Of a stretch of 64,000 nucleotides of DNA, positions 42,561-53,761 are shown piece by piece. Position numbers and translations under genes: made by a program. The notes under the pieces were generated by a model. It worked only from the letters and a program-made list of their open reading frames with translations, searched no databases and was not told the DNA's origin. Every line of letters begins with the position of its first letter. The stretch's first letter is position 1. Source of the DNA: an uncultured bacterium (lineage in GTDB: Bacteria > Chlamydiota > Chlamydiia > Chlamydiales > SM23-39); NCBI GenBank assembly GCA_963716985.1, contig OY970323.1:288001-352000 (forward strand), in the 5' to 3' direction.

Positions 42561-44102
42561 ATGACAATTTCTATACCACCAGTCAGAGATCAGTTTGTAG
42601 GGCCGGCTCAGCCTCCCAAAGCTCCTCGGGGGCAATATTCTCATTGTTGGAATGAAACAGCCTCTCTTCAGGATCGTGTTTTTCGGAATGCTAGTAAACC
42701 GGTATGGGAGTCTTCAGATTCTCGACATCTCGGAGCACCAATTGATCCTCGGAAAGTCATAATCATAAATGGTGTCATTCCTCCTCCTCTTACTGAACTC
42801 GTTGGTCCATATCGAGAAATGATTGCGGATCACGTCCATCAGCGCGTTTCTTTTTTCTTCCAACAGCTTATAGCCTGCTATTGCACAAAGCTCCACTTTG
42901 AACAGAATGAAGCTCTTGATCAAGCCGAGACAGCAGATTCGCTAAAAGCGATGGCGGAGCAAGGCGAAGTAAAAGTTTGCACGCGAAATGCAGCACATAG
43001 CGCAACCCTTCCCTGTCTTATTGCTTATGATGATGCCGCTTGGAAGGCGTATGCACAAGCGCAAAGAACTCTACCCTGCCCGAATGGTTTTGTCTTTCTG
43101 AAGGGAAGTGATTATTATCGATTAAGCAATACGACGATGGAAGTGCCAGACTTTGTCAATAAAGCGGATATAAAAATTGATGGAAGTGCGAGAAATTCTC
43201 TTTTGCGCTCTCAATGCATTGAACTTCTCAACAGAGCTTCGCAAGGGGAGGTGACGCCGGAAGAAGGATTGAAAACATTCATGAACCTTGCGATTGCGCA
43301 AGTAAAAAGTTCTAATCGACCCGACACTAGTCCTGCGATTGCTCGTACTCTTGATTGCTATCATGACGACCTTTCTAAAATCAAAACTGTTGTGGAAACG
43401 GATCCCACTATTTTTGATCGGATGTTGGATGTGCGTGTGGACGTAGCTGATGCTGCAGCTGCGGCAAGAAAAACAATTTATCAAATCCGGCATCGAGCGA
43501 TTCGAGACGTCCATTTCGCGCAGGCACAATTGATCGATCAGGTCCAAAAGATAAAAAAAGAAGTACTCAGATTGATTGCGCGAGGACGGCGTATTCAGCC
43601 AGAGGATTTTCGGAAGCCTGATTATTTCGAAGAGGCTTTTCGGGTAGTTTTTATCGATCAGGCGCAGACTCCCGAAGACCGAGTCCGTCTCTTGAAACTT
43701 TTCAATGCACCAAGTGGAGTGCCAGGTTTTCGTCCCCTCGAAGAATGCCAGGTCACTCGTTTTAATAAGACCTCAGCACTGATTCAGCCTCACATCGACA
43801 AGATTAAATTTGTTGCACAAACAGTGTGCATGGATATGAGACATTTGCGCACCCAAGAAGCCGATCTTCGAGGTTCAGTCACCCGGGAACTCAGGGGCTT
43901 GCGTTCTTGGCGCCAAGTCGATCTCTCGCGAGAGATTCAAAAGCTCTTTCCAAGTATTCCTTCCAGTCAATCGACCATCTCTCGAATAGAAAATCCCAAT
44001 GGTCTCAATGGGAAACTCGTGAATCCAGCACTTGCAGCGCAGTTAGCAGGAGTGTTTAGGGTAGATCCCGGCCTCTTTATGCCGCATTTTTTCTATGAAT
44101 AA
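42561..44102 (+). CDS. Orphan protein with C-terminal XRE-type HTH
   Basis: C-terminal RELRGLRSWRQVDLSREI...SQSTISRIEN...LAGVFRVD; Pro-rich N-terminus. Confidence 0.7.
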   Translation: MTISIPPVRDQFVGPAQPPKAPRGQYSHCWNETASLQDRVFRNASKPVWESSDSRHLGAPIDPRKVIIINGVIPPPLTELVGPYREMIADHVHQRVSFFFQQLIACYCTKLHFEQNEALDQAETADSLKAMAEQGEVKVCTRNAAHSATLPCLIAYDDAAWKAYAQAQRTLPCPNGFVFLKGSDYYRLSNTTMEVPDFVNKADIKIDGSARNSLLRSQCIELLNRASQGEVTPEEGLKTFMNLAIAQVKSSNRPDTSPAIARTLDCYHDDLSKIKTVVETDPTIFDRMLDVRVDVADAAAAARKTIYQIRHRAIRDVHFAQAQLIDQVQKIKKEVLRLIARGRRIQPEDFRKPDYFEEAFRVVFIDQAQTPEDRVRLLKLFNAPSGVPGFRPLEECQVTRFNKTSALIQPHIDKIKFVAQTVCMDMRHLRTQEADLRGSVTRELRGLRSWRQVDLSREIQKLFPSIPSSQSTISRIENPNGLNGKLVNPALAAQLAGVFRVDPGLFMPHFFYE

Positions 44103-44159
44103 TGTCTTTATCTTTGATGGTATTTTGAATGTTAAAATAATTTAGGCGGGAAGTGGAAA

Positions 44160-44891
44160 ATGACATCAGTATCTAGAGTTTCTGGTGGGTTCGATTTTTT
44201 TCGGCGATTAGAAAGAAAAGTTTCTCCAGCTAAGGAGACTCTTGCGAAAGTAGGCCGTCAAATCGGTTTTCGCAATCTTTTTTGTTGTGCTGTCTCATTG
44301 GCCGATTTAAGCATTTCCGGTAGCTGGAAGCAATGCGCCGGAGCATTCGTTATTTCGCAAATCGCTATTTCCTTTCTTCAGAACCAGGTAGAGAAAAGCA
44401 ATCAAAGAAGGCCGAGAATAGAAAATCAAAAGAGAATCGCGAGTTTAACCGCATCTGCATTAACAGGAGATGGTCGAGCTCTTTCCAATGTTGTAGATCT
44501 GCAACTATATGCCGTGTTCGGCTCCTTGAATTTTTTTTCAGCTCTTATGTGTTATCAGGGTGATTTTTTGCCTGGGTTGAGTGAAAAAATAAGGAAGGCG
44601 GAAGAAATCGGAGATGAGCAATCTTGTACTGCCTATCGCGCTGATTTGGATTCTATGAGGGTTGCTTGTATTTTAATGAATATGAGAAACCAGATTCAAG
44701 AGAGCAATAATAGGGATGCGCGAGAGTTTATCAGACGTGGTTGTAGCAAAGAAAGTATGGAAGATTTTTTTGGCAGGGTAAATCCGGGGATTATTTATGA
44801 ATTTTGTAGGAGAAATCCCGATCCCTCGCTTCTAAAAGCTCAACTCGAGGAAGTGGTTGCTCGAAGAGAAATAGACCCAAGATTTCTTTGA
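44160..44891 (+). CDS. Hypothetical protein (putative effector)
   Basis: Long ORF with Ser/Thr-rich N-terminus; no recognised domain. Confidence 0.55.
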   Translation: MTSVSRVSGGFDFFRRLERKVSPAKETLAKVGRQIGFRNLFCCAVSLADLSISGSWKQCAGAFVISQIAISFLQNQVEKSNQRRPRIENQKRIASLTASALTGDGRALSNVVDLQLYAVFGSLNFFSALMCYQGDFLPGLSEKIRKAEEIGDEQSCTAYRADLDSMRVACILMNMRNQIQESNNRDAREFIRRGCSKESMEDFFGRVNPGIIYEFCRRNPDPSLLKAQLEEVVARREIDPRFL

Positions 44892-45126
44892 CACATCATT
44901 TTTTTGCGAGGATCTAAACAAACCGGAAGCGTTTGCACGGCCTTGCGATATTCTCTGCAAGCTGCCGCATCGCACTTCCTTACCAAAATCCCCATAATCG
45001 AAGCAATTATTTTGGAGAACATGGTGACATTTCTATTTTGCGTTGACACCTAAACAAACATGTTTCGAAAAATCCCCAAAAATTTGTAACATTTTTTGGA
45101 GTTAAGGTTTTTTTTAAGGAATTTTT

Positions 45127-45468
45127 ATGCCGTGGGTATACAACCCTCATGTGGGAGGAAAAAAAATACCGGAGGATGAACAGGAAGAAATTTGCAAAAG
45201 AGCTGGCAAATTTTCTCAAACACGTCCTTGGTATTCTGGCTTTTTTTTACAATTGCGATTTAGAAATCAATTTTGTTATGTAGATGGTGTAGATCGAAAA
45301 AAGAACCAACCTTTTCCTCTTTGTCGATTACGCTATTTGAATAAAAATGAATGGAGCTTGGGTTTTTATTCTTATAGCAATGACCGCTATGAATCGTGTG
45401 TTTTTTCTGATAGTCAGACAGGCACTTTGGAAGAAGCTATAGAGATTTGCGAAGGCTATTTGCAATAA
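45127..45468 (+). CDS. Small conserved hypothetical protein
   Basis: RBS aagga; RFRNQFCYVD, LCRLRY, WSLGFYSYS look like conserved motifs. Confidence 0.6.
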   Translation: MPWVYNPHVGGKKIPEDEQEEICKRAGKFSQTRPWYSGFFLQLRFRNQFCYVDGVDRKKNQPFPLCRLRYLNKNEWSLGFYSYSNDRYESCVFSDSQTGTLEEAIEICEGYLQ

Positions 45469-45617
45469 CTTTTGAACAGAAATGATCTGTTAGAATTGTC
45501 GGAATATGCAGTCTTTGAAAAAAGGTCTTTTTGCCAGCGACGAGTATAATGGTGCGCTTCTTCCCTTGACACCTGGGATCTTTTTTGGATAAATGTAATT
45601 TTAACAACGAGGAGAAA

Positions 45618-46301
45618 ATGAGTATTTTTAGCAAGGCAAAGGTCTTTTTTATCCTGTTTTTTTTACAATTGATGGCTCAAAATGCCGAAGCAAATGTCAG
45701 AGATAATTTCTACCTCGGGTTGGGGCTGGTGGATTCCATCAACCATTTTGAGCTAAAATTAAAAAACACCTCTACTCAGAACTCCATTAAGAGAAAAAAA
45801 GAACATAATGAACTATTGGGCAATGCATTTTTAGGATATGGCTATACAGCTCCCTGCTCGTTTTATATCGCCGGTGAGGTGGGAACCAATTTTCCAAAAA
45901 GATCGAAAAAAATTTCTCACCCTGGCGTCACGTTAATTTCTTACACGTTTGTGGATCAACTCTCCATCCAGGAATATGTGACAGGAGATGTTTTACTTGG
46001 CTATCGCCCTTTTGATTGTTTCGTGGTTTATTTGCGAGGAGGCGTTTCTGTTGCCAACATCAAACTCAATCATTTTGCCAATAGCGTGAGTCCCGTTGGT
46101 TTCGATGCCGATAAGACGAAAGCAGGCGGACGTGTGGGTGCGGGATTGAGTTATGGACTGACAAAACATTTTGGATTGAGCGCTGATTATACTTTTACGC
46201 GCTATCAAAACTTTCGTGCTTTTTGGCCCATGTTTAGCACCCTTTTCGTCGCAGAGAATTCTTCACACCTCGTCAACCTCTCTGCGATCTATAGTTTTTA
46301 A
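45618..46301 (+). CDS. Outer-membrane beta-barrel protein (8-stranded type)
   Basis: Signal peptide, alternating beta strands, terminal YSF. Confidence 0.75.
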   Translation: MSIFSKAKVFFILFFLQLMAQNAEANVRDNFYLGLGLVDSINHFELKLKNTSTQNSIKRKKEHNELLGNAFLGYGYTAPCSFYIAGEVGTNFPKRSKKISHPGVTLISYTFVDQLSIQEYVTGDVLLGYRPFDCFVVYLRGGVSVANIKLNHFANSVSPVGFDADKTKAGGRVGAGLSYGLTKHFGLSADYTFTRYQNFRAFWPMFSTLFVAENSSHLVNLSAIYSF

Positions 46302-46391
46302 GGGACAGCGCATTCCCTTATTTTTGTTTGGGGAAGGGTTGTAAAAGCGCAAGAAATTCTGATCAAAAAGAGGTTCTTTACAAGGATGAGT

Positions 46392-47546
46392 CTATCCATG
46401 AAAAAAGGAGCGGATCTTATCAAAGAAAGAACTTTTTTGCGGATGGTTGGAGGCGGTTTCAAGTTTTTCAAAAGAACGTAAAAGCTCTTTCTGTTTTTCG
46501 GAGAGCTTTACCGGTGTTTCAACGAGAATGCGGATCAGAAGATCTCCCTGGCCATGGCCGTGAATATTGGGAAAGCCTTTCTCCTTCACGCGCAAAATCT
46601 TGTGCGTTTGCGTTCCTTCCGCAATGGAAATGCGATAGGAATCTCCATGGGGTGTGGGAATGTCCTTTTTGCAGCCCAGGGCCGATTCGGTAAAGGTGAT
46701 CGGAAGATCGAGATAGACATCGTCCCCTTCTCTTTTAAAAGCTGCATGGGGAGTTACTTCGATGAAGACATAGAGATCGCCAGCGCCGCCGCCGCTGAAT
46801 CCTGCATCGCCATATCCGCTCATTTTTAAGCGCATGCCATTGTCGATGCCGGGAGGGATATGAACTTTGACCCGCTTCTTTTCTCTGGTACGGCCCTCTC
46901 CCTGGCATTTGGTGCAGGGGCGAGTGATCACTTTGCCATGCCCCTGGCAATGGGGACATGTGGAAGACATGCTAAAAAAGCCGCGGCTTTGAAGGATCTG
47001 TCCGGAGCCTTTGCAGGTAGAGCAAATCTGGATGTCTTTGGGAGAAGATGCGCCGGAGCCGGAGCAGGAGGGGCAAGTTTCGTAGTTCGTAAGTGCAATT
47101 TCTTTGTCGGTGCCTCGAATCGCTTCTTCAAAGGAGATCGTAAGAGAGATTTTTTTGCTCGAGCCTCTTTGTCCTTCTGCTTGCGCCGTCTCAAAACCTC
47201 CTCCTCCGAAAAAGGAGTCGAAGATCGATTCGCTATTGCCGCCAAAAGCTCCCATAAAAGTGCGGAGCGCTTCTTCCATAGAGGAAAAGCCGCCGACTCC
47301 TCCGCCGGAAAAGCCGCTGCCCATCTGGTTCATGCCCTCAGAGCCATATTGATCATACATGCGTCGTTTGTTTTCATCGCTCAGAGCTTCGTAGGCCTCC
47401 GAGACCTCTTTGAATTTCTTCTCGGCATCGGGATTGTTCGGATTGCGGTCGGGGTGGAACTGCAAAGCCTTTTTGCGATAGGCTTTTTTGATCTCCTCAG
47501 GGGAGGCGTCTTTGGAAACTTCTAAGATTGCATAATAGTCTTTCAT
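46392..47546 (-). CDS. dnaJ: Chaperone DnaJ
   Basis: HPD motif, G/F region, four CxxCxGxG. Confidence 0.98.
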   Translation of the reverse strand: MKDYYAILEVSKDASPEEIKKAYRKKALQFHPDRNPNNPDAEKKFKEVSEAYEALSDENKRRMYDQYGSEGMNQMGSGFSGGGVGGFSSMEEALRTFMGAFGGNSESIFDSFFGGGGFETAQAEGQRGSSKKISLTISFEEAIRGTDKEIALTNYETCPSCSGSGASSPKDIQICSTCKGSGQILQSRGFFSMSSTCPHCQGHGKVITRPCTKCQGEGRTREKKRVKVHIPPGIDNGMRLKMSGYGDAGFSGGGAGDLYVFIEVTPHAAFKREGDDVYLDLPITFTESALGCKKDIPTPHGDSYRISIAEGTQTHKILRVKEKGFPNIHGHGQGDLLIRILVETPVKLSEKQKELLRSFEKLETASNHPQKSSFFDKIRSFFHG

Positions 47547-47626
47547 AAAAAAATCACTTTCCTCTTATGTTAACACAGAAGAGAAATTTTGGCAATCAAT
47601 AGATTCAAGTGCTAAAAAAGAGCGGG

Positions 47627-47821
47627 TTAGTATTTTTTTCTGGCTGCTGTTTTTGCACGCTTGAAAGCAGCCTTGGATTTTGCTCTTTTTCGAACGGAGG
47701 GTTTGTCATAGAAGCGGTGCGCTTTTGCGGATTTCATGATCCCTTCTTTGTCCAGTTTTTTTTTGAGGGCTCGAAGAGCTTTATCAATGGGTTCTCCAAT
47801 GCGAACTTTAATAATTGTCAT
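47627..47821 (-). CDS. rpsU: 30S ribosomal protein S21
   Basis: [14 protein letters not shown]. Confidence 0.95.
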   Translation of the reverse strand: MTIIKVRIGEPIDKALRALKKKLDKEGIMKSAKAHRFYDKPSVRKRAKSKAAFKRAKTAARKKY

Positions 47822-47963
47822 GAATGTTTTTTCTCCAAAGGTTCAAAAAGATGTACGTGATTTTAGACGATTTCTGAATAAACATCAAGAAAATGCTCTA
47901 TAGTATGTCCGATAGGGTGCAGATGACCCATTTTTCTTCGCGCAAGGGGCTTTGCAAGCGGTT

Positions 47964-48605
47964 TTAGAGATAGAGAAGGTCGAGCTCCGGATAGAGAGGA
48001 GTTGCGGGATCTTTCGACAGCTTTTCATTTACGATTTTTGCGAGGTGGTGGAAATCAGGTCTGCTTTCGATCAAGGAAAAAGAGGGGTATTTTTGCGCAA
48101 GAGAGTCTTTTTTTGGGATGAGGCGCGTTCGTGTTTTTTCAAATAGAGATTGGGCCTGTTCATGGGGCACAAGAGCGGGTTTGCCGAAAAAAGAGATGGA
48201 GGGTCCTTTCTTTTGTCCGTGCAATAAGTAGAGGCCTCGCGTATGGGCATCCATGGCAGAGAGGAAATTACCTTCTGAAGGAGGGGTATAAATTTCAAGA
48301 GAGCAAAAGCCAAAGAGAGGGATTTTTAAGGCATAGGCAAGACTCTTGGCAACCGTCCCGCCGACTCTCAGAGAAGTGTAGGAGCCGGGACCCTGGCTTG
48401 CTGCGAGGAACTTGAGAGAGGCAAGAGAGCATTTTTCGGAAGCTAAAAACTCATGCAGCCGCATCACGAGAAAGCGGGAGAGGCTTTCTTTTTCTTCAAT
48501 GCAAAGCGTTGCAATAGGAGTTTCTCCTTCGGTCAAGAGGAGGTAGGCGGGATCTGTCGAGGTCTCTAAGATGAGACCCATCTTTTTAAAAGTTGTGTTT
48601 GACAT
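47964..48605 (-). CDS. tsaB: tRNA t6A biosynthesis protein TsaB
   Basis: ETST, GPGSYTSLRVG. Confidence 0.9.
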   Translation of the reverse strand: MSNTTFKKMGLILETSTDPAYLLLTEGETPIATLCIEEKESLSRFLVMRLHEFLASEKCSLASLKFLAASQGPGSYTSLRVGGTVAKSLAYALKIPLFGFCSLEIYTPPSEGNFLSAMDAHTRGLYLLHGQKKGPSISFFGKPALVPHEQAQSLFEKTRTRLIPKKDSLAQKYPSFSLIESRPDFHHLAKIVNEKLSKDPATPLYPELDLLYL

Positions 48606-48753
48606 TCAAAAGATAAATTTGCACTGTAAAAAAAAGGTTATTAAATCCCTAAAAGTATACCGATCTCTGGAGAAAAAAGGAAGTGATTAAAAAGGGTTGA
48701 TACTTTCCCTTGGGTTTTTGATAATCATAAGGTGATTTATCAGAGAGGTTCCT

Positions 48754-51282
48754 TTGTTAGAAAATCCGAATGAAAATAATGAAGACGAGTTCCTTACAAC
48801 GCCGATTGACGAAGAGGTGATTGGAGAGAACAAAGAAATCAAAAAGGAGAACACTCCATCGATCGCATTCCCGACGGAGGTGTATATTCTTCCTTTAAAC
48901 CGGCGGCCCTTTTTCCCCGGCATGGCAGCGCCCATTTTGATTGAACGAGGTGCTTTTTACGAAGTGTTAAAACTTGTGGCCAAGACGGAACACAAGTGCC
49001 TAGGCCTTTTTTTGACAAAGAAGGAAAACGTCAACATCTATAAAATTTCTCCGGACGATCTTAATTCCGTTGGAGTGTTGGCCCGAATCTTGCGGATCAT
49101 TCCCTTGGAACAAGGGGGCGCGCAGGTCGTCTTCAACATGGAAAAGCGCATCTCGATCGTCGAGGCAAAAAGCAATAAGTTCTTATCTGCGAAGATTACC
49201 TATCACGATGATCCTCCTTTGCACCATTTAAGCAAGGAACTAAAAGCCTATTCGATCAGCATCATCACGACGATCAAGGAATTGCTCAAACTCAATCCGC
49301 TCTTCAAGGAAGAGCTGCAGATCTTTTTGAGCCACTCCGATTTTACCGAGCCCGGAAGACTGGCCGATTTTGCAGTGGCTTTGACGACGGCCAATCGAGA
49401 AGAGCTGCAGGAGGTGCTCGGCGCATTCGATTTACAGAAGCGTATTGACAAGGCGCTTCTTCTATTGAAAAAGGAGTTGGACCTTAGCAAATTACAAAGT
49501 ACGATCAATCAGCGAATCGAAGCGACGATCTCAAAGGCCCAAAGAGAATTTTTCTTAAGAGAGCAGCTGAAGGCGATCAAGAAAGAGCTTGGTATGGAAA
49601 AAGATGATAAAACCATCGAGATCGAAAAATTTGAAGAGCGTCTGAAGAAAAGAAAAGTTCCCGAAGAGGTGCAGAAGGTAGTTAAAGAAGAAAAGGAGAA
49701 GCTCTCCTCCCTTGAGGTGATGTCCGCAGAATATGGAGTCTCTCGCAACTATCTGGACTGGCTCACCGTTGTTCCCTGGGGTGTGTTTAGCAAAGAAACG
49801 ACCGATGTGGACAAAGCCCAGAAGATCCTCGAAGAGGATCATTATGGCCTCAAAGACATCAAAGAGCGCATTTTGGAATTCATCGGCGTTGGAAAACTCT
49901 CCGGCGGCGTTAAGGGAAGCATTGTCTGCTTAGTTGGCCCTCCGGGAGTGGGCAAGACGAGCATTGGGAAAAGCGTGGCTCGGGCGCTGAATCGAAAGTT
50001 CTATCGATTTTCCGTCGGCGGGATGCGCGACGAGGCAGAGATCAAGGGACATCGCAGAACCTATGTGGGCGCAATGCCCGGAAAAATGATTCAGGCTCTG
50101 AAACAGGCGCAAACGATGAATCCTGTGATCATGATCGATGAAGTGGATAAGATGGGAGCGAGCTATCAGGGCGATCCCGCATCCGCTCTTTTGGAGGTTT
50201 TGGATCCCGAGCAAAATAAGAGCTTTCACGACCATTATCTCGATGTGGATTGCGATCTTTCTAACGTTCTTTTTATCGTCACCGCCAACGTTCTGGACAC
50301 GATTCCGGAACCGCTGAAGGACCGCATGGAAGTGATGCGCTTGTCGGGATATATCATGGAAGAGAAGATCCAGATTGCAAAAAAATATTTGATTTCGCGC
50401 AACCGCAAAAGCATGGGTCTCAAAACAGAGAACATCCAGTTCACCGATGATTCTCTTGCAAAGATGATTGACGGATACGCGCGAGAGGCCGGGGTGCGAA
50501 CGCTCGAAAATCAGATCAAGAAGATTTTGCGCAAAGTTGCGCTCAAGATCGCGCGTCATAAAAAAACCAAAAAGGTCACCATTACCCCAACGAATTTGAG
50601 TGAATATTTGGGCAAGCCGATCTTTACTTCGGATCGCTTCTATGAAAAGATGCCGATCGGAGTTTGTACGGGACTTGCTTGGACGGCTCTTGGGGGAGCG
50701 ACTCTTTATGTAGAAGCCATGCGTGCGACGAGCGAAGATAAGACGGTGACCAAGCTGACGGGGCAAGCCGGAGATGTGATGAAGGAATCGTTCCAGATCG
50801 CTTGGAGTTATCTGCATGCGTCTTCGGAAAAATATGCTCCGAACGTTCCCTTTTTCTCTAAATCGGAAGTGCACGTCCACATTCCTGAGGGCGCGACTCC
50901 CAAAGATGGTCCCTCCGCAGGCATTACCATGGTGACGGCTCTGCTTTCTCTTTTGATCCAAGAGCCGGTGAGTGAAGATCTGGCGATGACCGGAGAGGTG
51001 ACTCTGACGGGAAAGGTGTTGCCCATCGGGGGCTTGAAGGAAAAGTTGATCGCTGCGAAACGATCGGATATTAAAACCCTGATTTTTCCGAAAAATAATC
51101 TTCGCGATTATGATGAGCTGCCCGAATATTTGAAGAAAGGCCTAAAAGTCCACTTTGTGGAGCATTATGACGAGGTTTACAAAATTGTATGGCCCAAGAG
51201 AAAAATCCATGAGAAAGAAATGGAAAAACGAGTGCCGAAAGAAGATCGTTCCTCCAAAGGAAATAGAAGAGCTCGCGCGTAA
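48754..51282 (+). CDS. lon: ATP-dependent Lon protease
   Basis: GPPGVGKTS, PKDGPSAG. Confidence 0.97.
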   Translation: MLENPNENNEDEFLTTPIDEEVIGENKEIKKENTPSIAFPTEVYILPLNRRPFFPGMAAPILIERGAFYEVLKLVAKTEHKCLGLFLTKKENVNIYKISPDDLNSVGVLARILRIIPLEQGGAQVVFNMEKRISIVEAKSNKFLSAKITYHDDPPLHHLSKELKAYSISIITTIKELLKLNPLFKEELQIFLSHSDFTEPGRLADFAVALTTANREELQEVLGAFDLQKRIDKALLLLKKELDLSKLQSTINQRIEATISKAQREFFLREQLKAIKKELGMEKDDKTIEIEKFEERLKKRKVPEEVQKVVKEEKEKLSSLEVMSAEYGVSRNYLDWLTVVPWGVFSKETTDVDKAQKILEEDHYGLKDIKERILEFIGVGKLSGGVKGSIVCLVGPPGVGKTSIGKSVARALNRKFYRFSVGGMRDEAEIKGHRRTYVGAMPGKMIQALKQAQTMNPVIMIDEVDKMGASYQGDPASALLEVLDPEQNKSFHDHYLDVDCDLSNVLFIVTANVLDTIPEPLKDRMEVMRLSGYIMEEKIQIAKKYLISRNRKSMGLKTENIQFTDDSLAKMIDGYAREAGVRTLENQIKKILRKVALKIARHKKTKKVTITPTNLSEYLGKPIFTSDRFYEKMPIGVCTGLAWTALGGATLYVEAMRATSEDKTVTKLTGQAGDVMKESFQIAWSYLHASSEKYAPNVPFFSKSEVHVHIPEGATPKDGPSAGITMVTALLSLLIQEPVSEDLAMTGEVTLTGKVLPIGGLKEKLIAAKRSDIKTLIFPKNNLRDYDELPEYLKKGLKVHFVEHYDEVYKIVWPKRKIHEKEMEKRVPKEDRSSKGNRRARA

Positions 51283-51709
51283 CCTTCGTCAAAAAGGACA
51301 AAAGATTGCCACGCTCAACGGCTCCTTTGACCTTCTTCATGCAGGGCATTTGTATATTATTTTTGAGGCATCGCTGGTTGCGGACGTCTTGATCGTAGCG
51401 CTCAACAGCGATGCATCGATCAAGCGCTATAAAAGTCCGAAGAGGCCCATTATTCCCCTGAAATATCGTCTGGAGATGATGGCGGCTCTTGGCTTTGTCG
51501 ATTATGTGACCTGGTTTGATGAGACCGATCCAAGAGAGCTTTTGAAGCGCATCCGGCCCGATGTGCACGTCAATGGAGCAGAATATGGGGAAGATTGCAT
51601 GGAATCGGCCACCGTGCGCCAAATGGGCGGAAAGTTGCATCTTGTACGACGCATACCCTCCCTTTCAACAACTGCAATTATCGAGAAGATTCAGCAATGC
51701 GCACCTTAG
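51209..51709 (+). CDS. RfaE/HldE domain II-like nucleotidyltransferase
   Basis: NGSFDLLHAGH, LNSDAS, STT. Confidence 0.85.
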   Translation: MRKKWKNECRKKIVPPKEIEELARNLRQKGQKIATLNGSFDLLHAGHLYIIFEASLVADVLIVALNSDASIKRYKSPKRPIIPLKYRLEMMAALGFVDYVTWFDETDPRELLKRIRPDVHVNGAEYGEDCMESATVRQMGGKLHLVRRIPSLSTTAIIEKIQQCAP

Positions 51710-52863
51710 CCAAATTTTCCAATGAAGAAGAGGCGCGGAAATTCTCCTTTTTCTTAAAAAAACAGGGGATAGCCAATAAGATAGATGTTGAGAAAAATTC
51801 TTTTTCTCTTTGGGTAGAGGATGAGGATGATCTTCTCAAAGCACAAAATTTTTTCGATCAGTGGAAAAGGGGAGCTTTGCTTCTTCCCGAGGTTAGGGTC
51901 GAAGAAACCCCTCCTCCCGAAAACAGCGAAATGGAAGAAGAGGAATTTGTAGAAGATGAGGAGCCGTTTGTAGAGGAAGAGGCAAACGCGCCGGAGCTTG
52001 TCCCAAGACCTCGGCGCAAACATTTTATTCTGACCGGCCTCTTCTTTCTGTTATGTATTCTTTTTTTTCTCATCCACCTCTTTCAATCCTATGATTGGCA
52101 AACCCCGTCGAAAGGGATTTTTTTGGACACTCCCATCCAAAATGCCCTTCTCTATGACAATCCGTCGATCTTGCAAGAGGTGAATCAATACTTGATGGAG
52201 CATCCGGTTGCCCTTGACATCGATCTTCACAAAGACTTTCAAAAGATCCCCTTGGAAATGCAAGATATGCTCAAAAAGGGATCCGCGCTTCCCGTCTGGC
52301 CCGGATTGGAGTCTTATCTTAAGGAGAAATGGAAAACGCCCGAGAAAAAACTTCCCTCCTTTCCCATGTTTGAAAAGATCCGCCAAGGACAGATCTGGCG
52401 CCTTGTTTCTCCGGCCTTTTTTCATGAGAATCTCTTGCACATTCTTTTCAACGTTCTCTGGCTCTGGGTGTTGGGCAAGCAGATTGAATCCAGGCTCAGC
52501 AAAATCAAATATTTGTCTTTAGTACTTGTCATCGCTCTTTTTACCAACACCTGTCAATACCTCATGAGCGGATATAAGTTTTTAGGATATTCCGGCGTGA
52601 TCATGGGGCTTGTGGGATTTATCTGGATGAGGCAAAAAGTAGCTCCTTGGGAAGGGTATCCTCTTTCGAAGAGCGCCCTATTGTTCATCGGCATCTATAT
52701 CTTGTCGCTCTTTGTCTTGCAGTTCTTTTCTTTTGGCCTTGAAGTTGTGGGCGTTCATCTGTTTTCTGCCAACATTGCGAATACGGCCCATATCAGCGGT
52801 GGAATTTTAGGACTGATTTTAGGACGCTTTCCCTTTTTTTCCAGGAGGGTCAGTGAGCAATAA
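51697..52863 (+). CDS. glpG: Rhomboid intramembrane serine protease (GlpG-like with soluble N-domain)
   Basis: WRLVS, HILFN, GYSG, NTAHISG. Confidence 0.85.
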   Translation: MRTLAKFSNEEEARKFSFFLKKQGIANKIDVEKNSFSLWVEDEDDLLKAQNFFDQWKRGALLLPEVRVEETPPPENSEMEEEEFVEDEEPFVEEEANAPELVPRPRRKHFILTGLFFLLCILFFLIHLFQSYDWQTPSKGIFLDTPIQNALLYDNPSILQEVNQYLMEHPVALDIDLHKDFQKIPLEMQDMLKKGSALPVWPGLESYLKEKWKTPEKKLPSFPMFEKIRQGQIWRLVSPAFFHENLLHILFNVLWLWVLGKQIESRLSKIKYLSLVLVIALFTNTCQYLMSGYKFLGYSGVIMGLVGFIWMRQKVAPWEGYPLSKSALLFIGIYILSLFVLQFFSFGLEVVGVHLFSANIANTAHISGGILGLILGRFPFFSRRVSEQ

Positions 52864-53761
52864 AGACGTCATTATTTTAGGATGCTCCAGCCAGCAGCCC
52901 ACCAGAAATCGCAATCATGGGGCCTATCTTTTTCGTTGGAATGAAGAGGGTCTGCTTTTCGATCCGGGAGAGGGCACGCAAAGGCAGTTTATTTTTGCCG
53001 AGATCGCGCCTCCCGTGGTGACCCGCATTTTTGTCAGCCATTTTCATGGCGATCATTGCCTCGGCGTTGGTTCCATGCTTATGCGGCTCAACCTCGATAA
53101 GGTGACCCATCCGATCCATTGCTATTATCCCGCGAGCGGGAAAAAATATTTTGACCGTCTGCGCTTCGGATGCATTTATCATGAAAATATTCACATCGTC
53201 GAGCATCCCGTTTCTAAAGAAGGTCTTGTAGAGGACGACGGAAAGTTTCAAATTGTTGCGGCTTTCTTAAAGCATGGAACGGACAATGTGGGATGGCGCG
53301 TCACGGAACCCGACCGCATCAAGTTTGATAAGGGTAAGCTGGACCATTTTAAGATCCAAGGATCTCTTGTGAAAAAACTGGAAAAAGAGGGTTTCCTCTT
53401 AATCGATGGCCGGAGGATTGATTTGGATCAGGTAAGCCATGTACGTAAAGGCGGCTCGATCGCGGTGGTGATCGATACGGTTCCTTGTCCGCAAGCGGTC
53501 CATTTGGCAAAAGATGCGGACATTTTGCTCTGCGAGAGCACCTATCTGGAAGATCATCGAGATCTGGCAGAAAAATACATGCACATGACAGCCAAGCAGG
53601 CGGCTTTGATTGCAAAAGAGGCTCATGTAAAAAAGCTCATTTTGACCCATTTTTCCGCTCGTTATCAAGACGAGTCCGCATTCGAAAAAGAAGCCCGCGA
53701 AGTTTTCCCCAATAGTTTTGCGGCAAGGGATTTTGCGCGGTTTGAGTTTCCAAAAGACTGA
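52853..53761 (+). CDS. rnz: Ribonuclease Z
   Basis: DPGEGTQ, SHFHGDH, THFSARY. Confidence 0.95.
   Translation: MSNKDVIILGCSSQQPTRNRNHGAYLFRWNEEGLLFDPGEGTQRQFIFAEIAPPVVTRIFVSHFHGDHCLGVGSMLMRLNLDKVTHPIHCYYPASGKKYFDRLRFGCIYHENIHIVEHPVSKEGLVEDDGKFQIVAAFLKHGTDNVGWRVTEPDRIKFDKGKLDHFKIQGSLVKKLEKEGFLLIDGRRIDLDQVSHVRKGGSIAVVIDTVPCPQAVHLAKDADILLCESTYLEDHRDLAEKYMHMTAKQAALIAKEAHVKKLILTHFSARYQDESAFEKEAREVFPNSFAARDFARFEFPKD

Noticed and set aside
49930..50961. Long antisense ORFs (343 aa opposite lon; 311 aa opposite rplC; 221 aa opposite dnaJ)
   Set aside because: Shadow ORFs of conserved genes with no recognisable motifs
51209..51282. 74-nt overlap of lon and the downstream nucleotidyltransferase
   Set aside because: Only a non-conserved-looking Lon tail overlaps; this is common in compact operons
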